This document shows, one piece after another, positions 22,687 to 37,600 of a stretch of DNA of 64,000 nucleotides (position 1 is the stretch's first letter; the number at the start of each line of letters is the position of its first letter). Both the position numbers and the translations under genes were made by a program. The DNA is from Amphiscolops sp. MND2022 (taxonomy: Eukaryota). The notes under the pieces are model-generated. The model worked only from the letters and a program-made list of their open reading frames with translations. It had not been told where the DNA came from and made no database searches. The stretch spans positions 71,178,001-71,242,000 of the forward strand of contig OZ076409.1 of NCBI GenBank assembly GCA_964187785.1. Reading direction: 5' to 3'.

Positions 22687-25600
22687 GTGCGGGGGGGTAA
22701 CCCCAACAAAATTTTTGGAGGATTCGGGTAGGGTCCTGAATCCGATTTCAACTCTAATAGCTATCGATAGGAAATCTTGCAAAAATTTCGGGATCTCGTG
22801 ATCTAACCATAGGATTTTAAAGTTGGAGCGGCCCCCACCAGATTTTCCAAAGTTATTCGCCCCCCACCGGGTTCCAGCGTGATTGAAATATTTTGACGGG
22901 GTACACGGGCGACCGTTAGGGGTCATTTTGGGGGTAAAATTTATATCCGGTCGCATAACTTTTTTCCTGTTGGTTTAAAACTTTGGGACCCTGCTAAAAG
23001 TTTCTTGACTGTATTGCAAGGGCTCCGGAGGTCCAAACCAAATTTTTCTATCTTGAAGCTATCTCCAAGTACCCCCCCGCTCAAACCGTTATTTTTCCGG
23101 AAACGCAGGTTTTTGACCCGGAAGGAGTCGTCTGAGCGCGGGGTCGTTAGGTGATGTATTGGGGACGGCCTTGAGACGAAGTGGGGGACATGCAGTTTGC
23201 CAACCCCAGTTTACCCCCCGGACGGGAAATGACCGTTATATGAGCGGGAAAAATGCCCCCCTCCACGTTTTACCGCTATTTCCGGTGTGAAGGAGTGGGA
23301 GTAGCGCGTCGGGTGCCATATATCAAAAGTAGGTTTAGACAAGGATCTATCGGAAACATGTGGTTTGGGACCCCCTGGACCAACCCGTTAGCAGGAAATG
23401 GGGCTTCCGGCCCGTTTTTTTACGGTTAAAAACGGAAAATGGGCATTGAGGGGTAAATATCTCGTGAACGCGTGGAGCTACGGTGTCCTTCACTACTACA
23501 AGGTTTCATACCCATGATATGGTGCTTTCAGGGGGGCAAGCAGATTTCCGCTATCTATCACCGTTACGGACTTGGCCCCCCAGCCTAACCGCTAAGTGAC
23601 CGGAAATGTCACTTTTTGAGCCCAAAGGGTCGGTCCCAGGCAGGGAACGTTAGGTAACTTATTGTAATACTCATTGAGATGAGTTGGGGGACATAGTTTC
23701 AGTCACCCCCCGTTACCCCTTAGGACCGGAAATGACCGTTATGTGAGTAAAATTGCCATTTTTGTCCTATTTGAAGGGCATTTAGATGCGGAAGGAGTGG
23801 TAATAGGTGCTTGGACACTATATGAGGTAAGGGAGGATATGAGGCGAGCATTCGGAAATAACCGTTATGTTGACCCCAAAGTCCCCCTGGTACCGTAAAC
23901 GACCGGAAATGGTCAAATTTTCTGTTTATAGGGTACAAATGTTTGGTATTTTGTAGATAAAAGTATCTATTAGGTGTTTCGACGGTCTGCAGTAGTGAAC
24001 ATAGTCATGAAACCTTGTGGGGGGTAACGGTATATAGCACCGGAAGTCCAAACCGTTGGAGACAGGATAGGTTTTTTGGTTTTAAAATGTCTTTCGGCGT
24101 ACTTTTGTCGACTATTAAGGACTACTTTTAAAAATTAAAGTTTTTCCATATAGTTTTAGAGACTCCGAAACCTCAACCAACATAACCGTTACCTCATGAT
24201 AGCCTTTCAAGTTGGCCTGGTGTCAACTTGGAAGGGCTATCCTTCAAAAATCGTCAATCAAGTGTGTTTTTGGGTATGTTTGTATCATTTTAGAATCAAA
24301 TAGAGCTTCAAGAAAAGTTTGCCAACGACAAAAACTATGTCGTGATGATTCCGTTATTAGAATAATAGTTAGCAAATTGTTGAGAAAATTGATTTTTTCC
24401 ATATAAAATGTGTCCTAATTGCCAGGAAACTTATTTAACTAACAAATGGTGTTGATTGGAATGTATGTAACAGAGTTTTAAAAGCTCAAATTGATTATTA
24501 CGTTTCATTATGGAAGCTGAAACGTAATATTTTAGTTTAATTAACGTCAACGCCACACACTTTACATCAACGCCCACCGTCTGTGGGCATGCCGAGGCAT
24601 GCCCTTCGACGACGTATGGCAAATCCCTTCTAACGACGCCCGTACATCCCGGGCTAGGTGCGGGGGGGTAACCCCAACAAAGATATTGGAGGATTCGGGT
24701 AGGGTCCTGAATCCGATCTTAGTACCGCCAGCTATCAGTAGAAAATTTCCCTCAAAAACCGGGATCTCGGGAACTAACCGTAGGATTTGAAAGTTGGAGC
24801 GGCCCCCGCCAGATTTTCCCGAATAGATCGCCCCCCACCGGGCTCCATACCCCGGAAAATTTTTTTTTGGCCACACGGGCGACAGTTAGGGGGTCATTTT
24901 AGGGGTAAAATTCATATTGGTCCATATAACTTTTTTCCTGTTGGTTTAAAAGTTTGGGAACCCTTCTAAAGGTTTTTCGACCATGTTGCAAGGGCTCCGG
25001 AGGTGCAAACCAAATTTTTCTATCTTGAAGCTATCTCCAAGTACCCCCCCGCTCAAACCGTTATTTTTCCGGAAACGCAGGTTTTTGACCCGGAAGGAGT
25101 CGTCTGAGCGCGGGGTAGTTAGGTGATGTTTTGGGGACGGCCTTGAGACAAAGTGGGGGACAAGTAGTTTGCCAACCTCAATTTACCCCCCGGACGGGAA
25201 ATGACCGTTATATGAGCGTGAAAAATGCCCCCCTCCACGTTTTACCGCTATTTCCGGTGTGAAGGTGTGGGAGTAGCGCGTCGGGTGCCATATATCAAAA
25301 GTAGGTTTAGACAAGGATCTATCAAAAACATGTGGTTTGGGACCCCCTGACCCAACCCGTTAGCGGGAAATGGGGCTTCCGCCTCCTTTTTTTTCGGTTA
25401 AAAACGGAAAATGGGCATTGAGGGGTAAATATCTCGTGAACGCGTGGAGCTACGGTGTCCTTCACTACTACAAGGTTTCATACCCATGATATGGTGCCTT
25501 CAGGGGGGCAAACAGATTTCCGCTATCTATCACCGTTACGGACTTGGCCCCCCAGCCTAACCGCTATGTGACCGGAAATGTCACTTTTTGAGCCCAAAGG

Positions 25601-28600
25601 GTCGGTCCCAGCCAGGGAACGTTAGATAACTTTTTGTAGTACTCATTGAGACGAGTTGGGGGACATAGTTTCAGTCACCCCCCGTTACCCCTTGTGACCG
25701 GAAATGACCGTTATGTGGGTAAAATTGGGATTTTTGTACTTTTTGAAGGGCAATTAGGTGCGGAAGGAGTGGTAATAGGTGCTTGGACACTATATGATGG
25801 AATGGAGGACGTGAGGCGAACATTCAGACATAACCGTTATGTTGACCCTAAAGTCCCCCTGGTACCGTAAACGACCGGAAATGGTCAAATTTTGTGTCTA
25901 TTGGGTACAAATGTTTGGTATTTTGTAAATAAAAGTATCTATTAGGTGTTTCGACGGTCTGCAGTAGTGAACATAGTCATGAAACCTTGTCGGGGGGTAA
26001 CGGTATATAGCACCGGAAGTCCAAAACGTTAGAGACGGGATAGGTTTTTCCGTTTTAAAATGTCTTTCGGCGTACTTTTGTCAACTAATATGGAATATTT
26101 TTTAAAATTAAAGTTTTTCCATATAGTTTCAGAGACTCCCAAACCTCAAACAACATAACCGTTACCTTATGATAGCCTTTCAAGTTGGCCTGGTGTCAAC
26201 TTGGAAGGGCTATCCTTCAAAAATCGTTGATCAAGTGTGTTTTTGGGTATGTTTGAATCATTTTAGAATCAATTAGAGCTTCAAGAAATGTTTGCCAACG
26301 ACAAAAACTATGTCGTGATGATTCCGTTATTAGAGTAATAGTTAACAAAATATTGATTTAGTTGATTTTTTACATTTCAAAAGTGTCCTAAAAGCCAGAA
26401 AACCTCTTTACCAAACAAATGGTATTGATTGGATTGTATATAACAGGTAATAAAAGTTCAAATTGATTATTACGTTTTATTATGTAAGCTGAAACGTCAT
26501 ATTATAGTTTAATTAACGTCAACGCCACATACTTTACATCAACGCCCACCGTCTGTGGGCATGCCGAGGCATGCCCTTCGACGACGTATAACAAACACCT
26601 TTAATATCTACACCCACCCGCGGTAGCAGCTAGGTGCGGGGGGGTAACCCCAACAAAGATATTGGAGGATTCGGGTAGGGTCCTGAATCCGATCTTAGTA
26701 CCGTCAGCTATCAGTAGAAAATTTCCCTCAAAAACCGGGATCTCGGGAACTAACCGTAGGATTTGAAAGTTGGAGCGGCCCCCACCAGATTTTCCCGAAT
26801 AGATTGCCCCCCACCGGGCTCCATACCCCGGAAAATTTTTTTTTGGCCACACGGGCGACAGTTAGGGGGTCATTTTGGGGGTAAAATTCATATTGGTCCA
26901 TATAACTTTTTTCCTGTTGGTTTAAAAGTTTGGGAACCCTTCTAAAGGTTTTTCGACCATGTTGCAAGGGCTCCGGAGGTGCAAACCAAATTTTTCTATC
27001 TTGAAGCTATCTCCAAGTACCCCCCCGCTCAAACCGTTATTTTTCCGGAAACGCAGGTTTTTGACCCGGAAGGAGTCGTCTGAGCGCGGGGTCGTTAGGT
27101 GATGTTTTGGGGACGGCCTTGAGACAAAGTGGGGGACAAGTAGTTTGCCAACCTCAATTTACCCCCCGGACGGGAAATGACCGTTATATGAGCGTGAAAA
27201 ATGCCCCCCTCCACGTTTTACCGCTATTTCCGGTGTGAAGGTGTGGGAGTAGCGCGTCGGGTGCCATATATCAAAAGTAGGTTTAGACAAGGATCTATCA
27301 AAAACATGTGGTTTGGGACCCCCTGACCCAACCCGTTAGCGGGAAATGGGGCTTCCGCCTCCTTTTTTTTCGGTTAAAAACGGAAAATGGGCATTGAGGG
27401 GTAAATATCTCGTGAACGCGTGGAGCTACGGTGTCCTTCACTACTACAAGGTTTCATACCCATGATAAGGTGCCTTCAGGGGGGCAAACAGATTTCCGCT
27501 ATCTATCACCGTTACGGACTTGGCCCCCCAGCCTAACCGCTATGTGACCGGAAATGTCACTTTTTGAGCCCAAAGGGTCGGTCCCAGCCAGGGAACGTTA
27601 GATAACTTTTTGAAGTACTCATTGAGACGAGTTGGGGGACATAGTTTCAGTCACCCCCCGTTACCCCTTGTGACCGGAAATGACCGTTATGTGGGTAAAA
27701 TTGGGATTTTTGTTCTTTTTGAAGGGCAATTAGGTGCGGAAGGAGTGGTAATAGGTGCTTGGACACTATATGATGGAATGGAGGACGTGAGGCGAACATT
27801 CAGACATAACCGTTATGTTGACCCTAAAGTCCCCCTGGTACCGTAAACGACCGGAAATGGTCAAATTTTGTGTCTATTGGGTACAAATGTTTGGTATTTT
27901 GTAAATAAAAGTATCTATTAGGTGTTTCGACGGTCTGCAGTAGTGAACATAGTCATGAAACCTTGTGGGGGGTAACGGTATATAGCACCGGAAGTCCAAA
28001 ACATTAGAGACGGGATAGGTTTTTCCGTTTTAAAATGTCTTTCGGCGTACTTTTGTCAACTAATATGGAATATTTTTTAAAATTAAAGTTTTTCCATATA
28101 GTTTCAGAGACTCCCAAACCTCAAACAACATAACCGTTACTTTATGATAGCCTTTCAAGTTGGCCTGGTGTCAACTTGGAAGGGCTATCCTTCAAAAATC
28201 GTTGATCAAGTGTGTTTTTGGGTATGTTTGAATCATTTTAGAATCAATTAGAGCTTCAAGAAATGTTTGCCAACGACAAAAACTATGTCGTGATGATTCC
28301 GTTATTAGAGTAATAGTTAACAAAATATTGATTAAGTTGATTTTTTACATTTCAAAAGTGTCCTAAAAGCCAGAAAACCTCTTTACCAAACAAATGGTAT
28401 TGATTGGATTGTATATAACAGGTAATAAAAGTTCAAATTGATTATTACGTTTTATTATGTAAGCTGAAACGTCATATTATAGTTTAATTAACGTCAACGC
28501 CACATACTTTACACCAACGCCCACCGTCTGTGGGCATGCCGAGGCATGCCCTTCGACGACGTATACCAAATACATTTCATATCTACACCCACCCGCGGTA

Positions 28601-28608
28601 GCAGCTAG
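22687..28608 (+). repeat. Three family A cassettes (1971, 1976, 1975 bp)
   Basis: Internal junctions at 24657/24658 and 26633/26634. Confidence 0.9.
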
Positions 28609-31388
28609 GTGGTCGGGTATTTTTTTTACTCGTAGATGGCGTTTGCGAGGCTTTGGGGAGGGCCCCGTGCCGAGCCTGTACCGAAATTTACCACATACCA
28701 GAAGTGTCCGATTTAATCGAGATCTCAAAAACTAACCGTTAGAAATCTCTGAAATTTTGCATGTGGCCCCTAATCAATGAGTAATGAAAAAGTGTAGGAG
28801 TGACGGTTGCTGAAAAACTTGTCTTTGTTGCACTTTTTGCGCAATTTTTGTCGCATTGTTGCGTTTTTTATGTCATTTTCGACTTTTCAAGCAAAAAACT
28901 CATAGATACTTTGTTCCTAGCGTATCAAGTGTGGAGCACGAAAAGTTGCAGCATCTTCCATTACGTATGCTGAGAAAATTTGGTTGCCCTCGGATTACCC
29001 CCCACAGAGATAGAGGGGTGCATCCGGGTATTTTTGACCCCTGAATTTGGGAAATTGCTAATTTTCGTAATAAAGCCGTAGATTTAGCGCGTGCACACCC
29101 TGCTGACGATTTGTTAGGCATTTTGAGATAGATCCGATGACATGCGTTGAGTTCACCCCCATCACCCCCTTCACCGGAAATGAACGTTTTTGTGCACTTT
29201 CAGACCGGAAGTCTCCATTTTCACTGGTAAGGAGGCATTGTACGAGCAACTAGCAGGAACTCAAAAGTGAAGTATAACCTGGGGTCAACTTGATGACCAC
29301 GTGTTGTCCAGTCATGGGTTTCGCTATGACCGGAAATGGGCTTAAAACCCCCTTTTGGTAGTATTTTTATCAATTTTCCTTGTGTTTGGTCAACATTCAA
29401 GTTGCGTAAGTCAGTTGAACCAGTGAGAGCATAAAATATATATTCACTGCGTAGTCGTAACTGACACTGCCAGATACCGGAAGTAACCCCCTGTGACCGG
29501 AAGAGGTCAATTTTGACCGGAAATGGTCCAAAAAGTAGCGTAAATGCAGTTTTCAATGCTTTTTAAGGTCAAGTTATTAGTATTTTTCAATTTGAATGCT
29601 TTTTTCCACGCAAAAAGCTAACATCGTTGCATGTTTTGCTGAAGATCGGAAAAGTGATCACCATTATCACCCCCGATAGCCTTTCAAGTTGACCTTTGGT
29701 CAATCTTGAAGGCTATCTGTTCTGAAAACAAAAAATAGTGGAATTTTGTTTCCTCCTTTCTCTTGATATTTTTCCTTCAAGTCAATTTGTCAAAAGAAAG
29801 ACATTTGTTCAACTGAGTGATCTGAATCCTGTCCAGAGGTGTCACCCGGACGAATACCATTTCAAGCTGAAGTACACAAATCAGGGTAGTATTAGACATC
29901 ACACACTCCTACCAACTCCCACCGTCTGTGGGCATGCCGAGGCATGCCCTTCGACGACGTATGCCAAATAGGGCTACAGGGCGCCCACACTTTTGCTAGG
30001 TGGTCGGGTATTTTTTTTACTCGTAGATGGCGTTTGCGAGGCTTTGGGGAGGGCCCCGTGCCGAGCCTGTACCGAAATTTACCACATACCAGAAGTGTCC
30101 GATTTAATCGAGATCTCAAAAACTAACCGTTAGAATTCTCTGAAATTTTGCATGTGGCCCCTAATCAATGAGTAATGAAAAAGTGTAGGAGAGACGGTTG
30201 TTGAAAAACTTGTCTTTGTTGCACTTTTTGCGCAATTTTTGTCGCATTGTTGCGTTTTTTATGTCATTTTCGACTTTTCAAGCAAAAAACTCATAGATGC
30301 TTTGTTCCTAGCGTATCAAGTGTGGAGCACGAAAAGTTGCAGCATCTTCCATTACGTATGTTGAGAAAATTTGGTTGCCCTCGGATTACCCCCCACAGAG
30401 ATAGAGGGGTGCATCCGGGTTTTTTTGACCCCTAAATTTGGGAAAATGCTAATTTTCGTAATAAAGCCGTAGATTTAGCGCGTACACACCCTGCTGAAGA
30501 TTTGTTAGGCATTTTGAGATAGATCCGATGACATGCGTTGAGTTCACCCCCATCACCCCCTTGACCGGAAATGAACGTTTTTGTGCACTTTCAGACCGGA
30601 AGTCTCCATTTTCACCGGTAAGCAGTCCTTGAACGAGCAACTAGCAGAACATCAAAAGTGAAGTATAACCTGGGGTCAACACTAATGACCACGTGTTGTC
30701 CAGTCATGGGTTTCGCTATGACCGGAAATGGGCTTAAAACCCCCTTTTGGTAGTATTTTCATCAATTTTCCTTGTGCTTGGTCCACATTCAAGTTGCGTA
30801 AGTCAGTTGAACCAGTGAGAGCATAAAATATATATTCACTGCGTAGTCGTAACTGACACTGCCAGATACCGGAAGTAACCCCCTGTGACCGGAAGAGGTC
30901 AATTTTGACCGGAAATGGTCCAAAAAGTAGCGTAAATGCAGTTTTCAATGCTTTTTAAGGTCAAGTTATTAGTATTTTTCAATTTGAATGCTTTTTTCTA
31001 CGCAAAAAGCAACATCGTTGCATGTTTTGCTGAAGATCGGAAAAGTGATCACCATTATCACCCCCGATAGCCTTTCAAGTTGACCTTTGGTCAATCTTGA
31101 AGGCTATCTGTTCTGAAAACGAAAAATAGTGGAATTTTGTTTCCTCCTTTCTCTTGATATTTTTCCTTCAAGTCAATTTGTCAAAAGAAAGACATTTGTT
31201 CAACTGAGTTATCTGAATCCTGTCCAGAGGTGTCACCCGGACGAATACCATTTCAAGCTGAAGTACACAAATCAGGGTAGTATTAGACATCACACACTCC
31301 TACCAACTCCCACCGTCTGTGGGCATGCCGAGGCATGCCCTTCGACGACGTATGCCAAATAGCGCTACAGGGCGCCCACATTTGCTAG
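28609..31388 (+). repeat. Two family E cassettes (1391, 1389 bp)
   Basis: Start GTGGTCGGGTAT; junction at 29999/30000; near-identical tandem pair. Confidence 0.9.
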
Positions 31389-32660
31389 GTGGCCGGAAAT
31401 TTTTTTTTTCATCAAAATCTTTGCCATTGGGGGAGGGGCCCCGGATGGCCAGTAGTACGGGATAGCTTCCTACCAAATCCAGGCGGAAAAAACGTGATTT
31501 CGGAAACTAGCCGTCAGAATTTGCTCAAAATTTGCATACGGCTTCCTATAACAATCCTAAGAACTAATCCCTACTGGCATTTTGCCCGAAAAACGCAAAA
31601 AGTTGGTCAAAATCTTAGTTTTTTGGTCAAAAAATGGCGTTTTTTCGAAAAAAAATTTTTTCAGAGACAATTACTCGTAACTGGTTCACCCAGCGCAAAA
31701 ACGCCTAGCTGATTTATTGTTGGGCACTTCATGAGGAGTACGTATACAAATTTTCGTCCAAATCGAATAAAAATTGGTTGAGAAATAACTGAAAATTTGA
31801 GGCATTTTTTTGGAAATTTTTGAAATCCCAGTCTATCTCTGCCGTTTTTTGCCCAGATTTTTTTCCAGACACTCTCCTAAAGACCTCCCCTGGCCGGTTT
31901 ACCTCCCAGCAAAACCATTTGGCCCTAAATACGGAGTTTCAGCATTCCAGCAAACCCCGGGTAAAAGATTAATGACTTAGAATTTTTTCGAAAATTTTTC
32001 AAAATTTTTTTTTTCAAATTCAGGCCTCCTAAAGTCAAGAAACTTCCACACAACTAGGATTGCAAGTGATAGCATGTGGAAAGTGCTTAAATAGACGAGA
32101 AAAATGAGCTATTATACGACTCTGTAGCTTAACCTGACATTGACTTATGATAATTTTAGTGTGAGCTTCGTATGTGCTGAAAAAATCAAAGAAACCTAAA
32201 AGTCTTTTAAAAGTAATCAGAATACGTCCAATCAACCACAGAGCTGTTAAATTGCCGTTGTGCAGTGGAGCAACACCATTTAGAGTGTTTTGACCCATTT
32301 TGATAAGTTTTGATACCGTCTTGTTCATCCAATAGCTTAAAACAGTTGAGTACATTCCATCTCCCCCCTTGTGGGGGAGATGAGAATGTACTCGCTAAAA
32401 GTCAGGTACTATAGCACCCATTTTGTTTTATTCGACGCTAGTGATGCTATTGCACACGAATACAATAGTTTTGTCAAATCATGTTTAACATGATGAATCT
32501 TACTATACCTTTAGTGTACGTTAACCTACTACTACAACATCGCATCCGTAACGTCAACGCCACATACTCGCATCAACGCCCACCGTCCGTGGGCATGCCG
32601 AGGCATGCCCTTCGACGACGTATGCCAAATAGCGCCACAGGGCGCAAACTTGTCCGCTAG
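31389..32660 (+). repeat. Family F-type cassette (1272 bp, divergent)
   Basis: Starts GTGGCCGGAA; gagtacatt hairpin at 32348-32393; shares the ctcctaaagacctcccctggccgg block with F. Confidence 0.8.
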
Positions 32661-34633
32661 GTGCGGGGGGGAAACCCCAACAAAATTTTTGGAGGATTCG
32701 GGTAGGGTCCTGAATCCGAGTTCAGTGCTGCCAGCTTTCGTTAAGAAAATTTGGATAGGATTCGGGATCTCGTGATCTAACCATAGGATTTTAAAGTTGG
32801 AGCGGCCCCCACCAGATTTTCCGAAAATTAGCGCCCCCCACCGGGTTCCATACCCCGGGAAATTTTTTTCTGGCCACACGGGCGACCGTTAGGGGGTCAT
32901 TTTAGGGGTAAAATTCATATTGGGCCACATAACTTTTTTTCTGTTGATTTAAAACTTTGGGACCCTGCTAAAAGTTTCTTGACCGTGTTGCAGGGGCCCC
33001 GGAGGTCCAAACAAAATTTTTCTATCTTGAAGCTATCTCCAAGTACCCCCCCGCCCAAAACGTTATTTTTCCGGAAACGCAGGTTTTTGACCCGGAAGGA
33101 GTCGTCGGAGCGCGGGGTCGTTAGGTGATGTATTGGGGACGGCCTTGAGACGAAGTGGGGGACATGCAGTTTGCCAACCCCAGTTTACCCCCCGGACGGG
33201 AAGTGACCGTTATATGAGCGGGAAAAATGCCCCCCTCCACGTTTTACCGCTATTTCCGGTGTGAAGGAGTGGGATTAGCGCGTCGGGTGCCATATATCAA
33301 AAGTAGGTTTAGACAAGCATCTATCGGAAACATGTGGTTTGGGACCCCCTGGACCAACCCGTTAGCGGGAAATGGGGCTTCCGCCTCCTCTTTTTACGGT
33401 TAAAAACGGAAAATGGGCATTGAGGGGTAAATATCTCGTGAACGCGTGGAGCTACGGTGTCCTTCACTACTACAAGGTTTCATACCCATGATATGGTGCC
33501 TTCAGGGGGGCAAACAGATTTCCGCTATCTATCACCGTTACGGACTTGGCCCCCCAGCCTAACCGTTAAGTGACCGGAAATGTCATATTTTGAGCCCAAA
33601 GGGTCGGTCTCAGCCAGGGAACGTTAGGTAACTTATTGTAGTACTCATTGAGACGAGTTGGGGGACATAGTTTCAGTCACCCCCCGTTACCCCTTAGGAC
33701 CGGAAATGACCGTTATGTGAGTAAAATTGCCATTTTTGTCCTATTTGAAGGGCATTCAGATGCGGAAGGAGTGGTAATAGGTGCTTGGACACTATATTAG
33801 GTAAGAGAGGACGTAAGGCAAGCATTCGGACATAACCGTTATGTTGACCCTAAAGTCCCCCTGGTACCGTAAACAACCGGAAATGGTCAAATTTTGTGTC
33901 TATTGGGTACAAATGTTTGGTATTTTGTAAATAAAAGTATCTATTAGGTGTTTCGACGGTCTGCAGTAGTGAACACAGTCATGAAACCTTGTGGGGGGGT
34001 AACGGTATATAGCACCGGAAATCCGAACAGTTGGAGACAGGATAGGTTTTTTGGTTTTAAAATGTCTTTCGGCGTACTTTTGTCGACTATTATGGACTAT
34101 TTTTAAAAAATAAAGTTTTTCCATATAGTTTCAGAGACTCCGAAACCTCAACCAACATAACCGTTACCTTATGATAGCCTTTCAAGTTGGCCTGGTGTCA
34201 ACTTGGAAGGGCTATCCTTCAAAAATCGTTATTCAAGTGTGTTTTTGGGCATGTTTGTATCATTTTAGAATCAATTAGAGCTTCAAGAAAAGTTTGCCAA
34301 CGACAAAAACTATGTCGTGATGATTCCGTTATTAAAATGATGGTTAACAAAATGTTGATAAAGTTGATTTTTTACATTTCAAATGTGTCCTAAAAGCCAG
34401 AAAACCTCTTTGCCAAAAAAATGGTATTGATTGAATTGTATATAACAGGTAATAAAAGTTCAAATTGATTATTACGTTTCATTATTCAAGCTAAAACTTC
34501 ATAACATAGTTTAATTAACGTCAACGCCACACACTTTACATCAACGCCCACCGTCTGTGGGCATGCCGAGGCATGCCCTTCGACGACGTATACCAAATAC
34601 ATACCCAAACGACGCCCGTACATCCCGGGCTAG
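32661..34633 (+). repeat. Family A cassette (1973 bp)
   Basis: GTGCGGGGGGG start, A body. Confidence 0.9.
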
Positions 34634-37600
34634 GTGCCGGGATTTCTATTCGTTCGAGTATGTGGCGCGTGTGGGTAGGGCCCCTGGCGCGCTCTTGTGT
34701 TTCGGGTTTTCCTACTCCTAAACCGCGTTCAGATTTTCGGGATCTCGTAAACTAGCCATACGATTTGGCTGAAATTTGGCACACAGCTCCGTTGGAACAT
34801 TGTAAGAACAAATCCCTACTGACGTTTTGCCCGCTAAACATTTTTTGTTGGTCAAAAATGCGATTTTCCGACAAAATTTTTGACTTTTTTTCACTTTTCA
34901 GTCTATATCTCGCCACAGGGTTACGCTAGCTACCCTAAACCCTGCTAATTATAATTTGCAATCTGTCTCAGGAATGCGGTGTGAAATTTTCAGGTCAATC
35001 GGACTTAAACTCAGCGAGTTAGAGCGATTTTTTAGGTGCATTTTTTGACATTTTTTGCATTTGCCGATTTATCTCTGCCGTTTTTTGCCAAAATTTTTTT
35101 TGAGACACTCTCCTAAAGACCTCCCCTGGCCGGTTTACCTCCCAGCAAAACCATTTGGCCCTAAATACGAAGTTTTAGCGTTCTAGCATTCCCGGGCGAA
35201 AAGTTGTGGAACTTAGAATAATTTTTTGGAAACGCAAAATGTGTAAAGTCAACTTCAGGCCTCCCAAAGTCAAGGAACTTCCACACAACTAGGATTGCAA
35301 GTGGATGCATGTGGAAAGTACTGGGATAGACGAGAAAAATGAGCTATAGAACAACTCTGTAGCTTAACCTGACGTTGACTTATGATGTTTTGAATGTGTG
35401 CTTGCTAAGGGGTCCGAAATTGAAAATTTTTAAAGAAAATTAATATCGTCAAAAATTCATCGGAATGCCTGCAATATACAGTAGAGCGTGTTCAATTGTA
35501 GCTGACTAATGCATCAACGCTGTTCAAGGTCTTTTAACTCAGTTTCAAAATTTTTTACACTGTATTATCCATCCGAGAGTTCGAAACAGTTGAGTACATT
35601 CCATCTCCCTCCCGAGGGAGATGAGAATGTACTCGCTAAAGTCCAGATACCACAACCCATATTTGTTTCTCTGCGACGCAAATCTTAGATAGTGCACGTA
35701 ACTACCGGTCTTTTGACTGAAATTTGTATTTACATTGACGTGACATATGCTGAACGTTCGGTTCTTACAACATACGCATGACTAACGTCAACGCCACATA
35801 CTGTTACCAACGCCCACCGTCCGTGGGCATGCCGAGGCATGCCCTTCGACGACGTATGCCAAATACCTTTGAACGACGCGCACTCTCCCGCTAGGTGCCG
35901 GGATTTCCATTCGATAAGGAATTCTGCGCGTGTGGGTAGGGCCCCTGGCGCGCTCCTGTGTTTTCGGTTTTCCTACTCCAAATTCACACCCCAGTTATCT
36001 CCGATCTCGTAAACTATCCATACGATTTGGCTGAAATTTGGCACACGTACCCCCCTCGGCACGGTGAAGATGATTTCCTACTGACGTTTTTCCCGCTAAA
36101 CATTTTTTGTTGACCAAAATAACGGTTTTTGGTGGAAAATTTTCAACTTTTTTTAAATTTCCTCTTATATCTCGCCCCAGGTTTACGCTAGCGCTTCAAA
36201 ACCTTGCTGACGAAAGTTTGCAAACTGTCTCAGGAATGCGGTGTGAAATTTTCAGCTCAATCGGACTCAAACTCGAGGAGATATAGCGTTTTTCCGGAGC
36301 GGGGGGGTTTCATTTTTCTAACGGTCCAGCGTATCTTTGCCATTTTTTCGAAAATGCACTCGCCTAAAGGCCTCCCCTGGCCGGTTTTACTCCCAAAAAA
36401 ACCATTTGGCCTTAAATACGGGGTTTCAGCGTTCTAGCATTTTCGGGCGAAAAGTTGTGGGACTTAGAAAATTTCAAAAATTTTCAAAAATTTTTTTTCC
36501 GTTATTTGGGCCCCCAATGTGGGGGAAAGGACCCCCCAACCAGTATTTTGAGTGAATGCATGTGCAAAGCGCTTGTTTAGAGGAGAAAAATGTCGTTTAG
36601 AACGTCTTTTTATCTTTACTCAACGTTGACTTATGACGTTTTGAAGGTGATGTAAAGAGGTGTGAAGCACGTGAAAAGTAAACGTTATGAGTATTTATTT
36701 GATCTGAAAGCCATTCAGATGCAATCTGATTTGCCCAAAACGTAATTCATTTCAGTTTGGCAGTCAATCAACACCCTTTGTTGTCGTTTGACATTTTTTT
36801 TTGTTGATATAATAAAAAATTTTGTGTAATTATTTATTTTTTTCTCATCAAATAACTTGAAACAGTTGAGTACATTCCATCTCCCTTCCCGGGGGAGATG
36901 AGAATGTACTCGCAAAAAGCCTCGAACTATGGCCCTTACCTTCCCGAGCTACGCAGTATAAAGATTGCATATTGGTTTCGACATTTTGATAGAGTTATAT
37001 CTTGGTAATCTGTCTGGATATGCAGAAAAATCAGCACGTGCCTTTTTATACCAAGTTGCTCACAACGACAATTATTTTATATCAACGCCCCCATATTTAT
37101 CAACGCCCCCCGTCCGTGGGCATGCCGAGGCATGCCCTTCGACGACGTGCACCAAGATATACCCCAAGCGCGGTAGCCGCTAGGTGCCGGGATTTCTATT
37201 CGATAAAGTATGTGGCGCGTGTGGGTAGGGTCCCTGGCGCGCTCTTGGGTATGATGTTCACCAGCTAGGAAATAGGGGTCGATTTTTCGGGATCTCCTAA
37301 ACTAGCCACACGATTTGGCTGAAATTTGGCACACGTACTCCCCTCGGCACGGTGAAGATGATTTCCTACTGACGTTTTTCCCGCAAAATTTTTTTTGTTG
37401 TCCAAAATAACGGTTTTTGGGGTAAAATTTTGAACTTTTTTTAAATTTCATCTTATATCTCGCCACGGGTTTACGCTAGCGCTTCAAAACCCTGCTAAAG
37501 AAAGCTTGCAAACTGTCTCAGGAATGAGGTGTGAAATTTTCAGCTCAATCGGACTCAAACTCGGGGAGATATAGCGTTTTTCCGGAGCGGGGGGGTTTCA

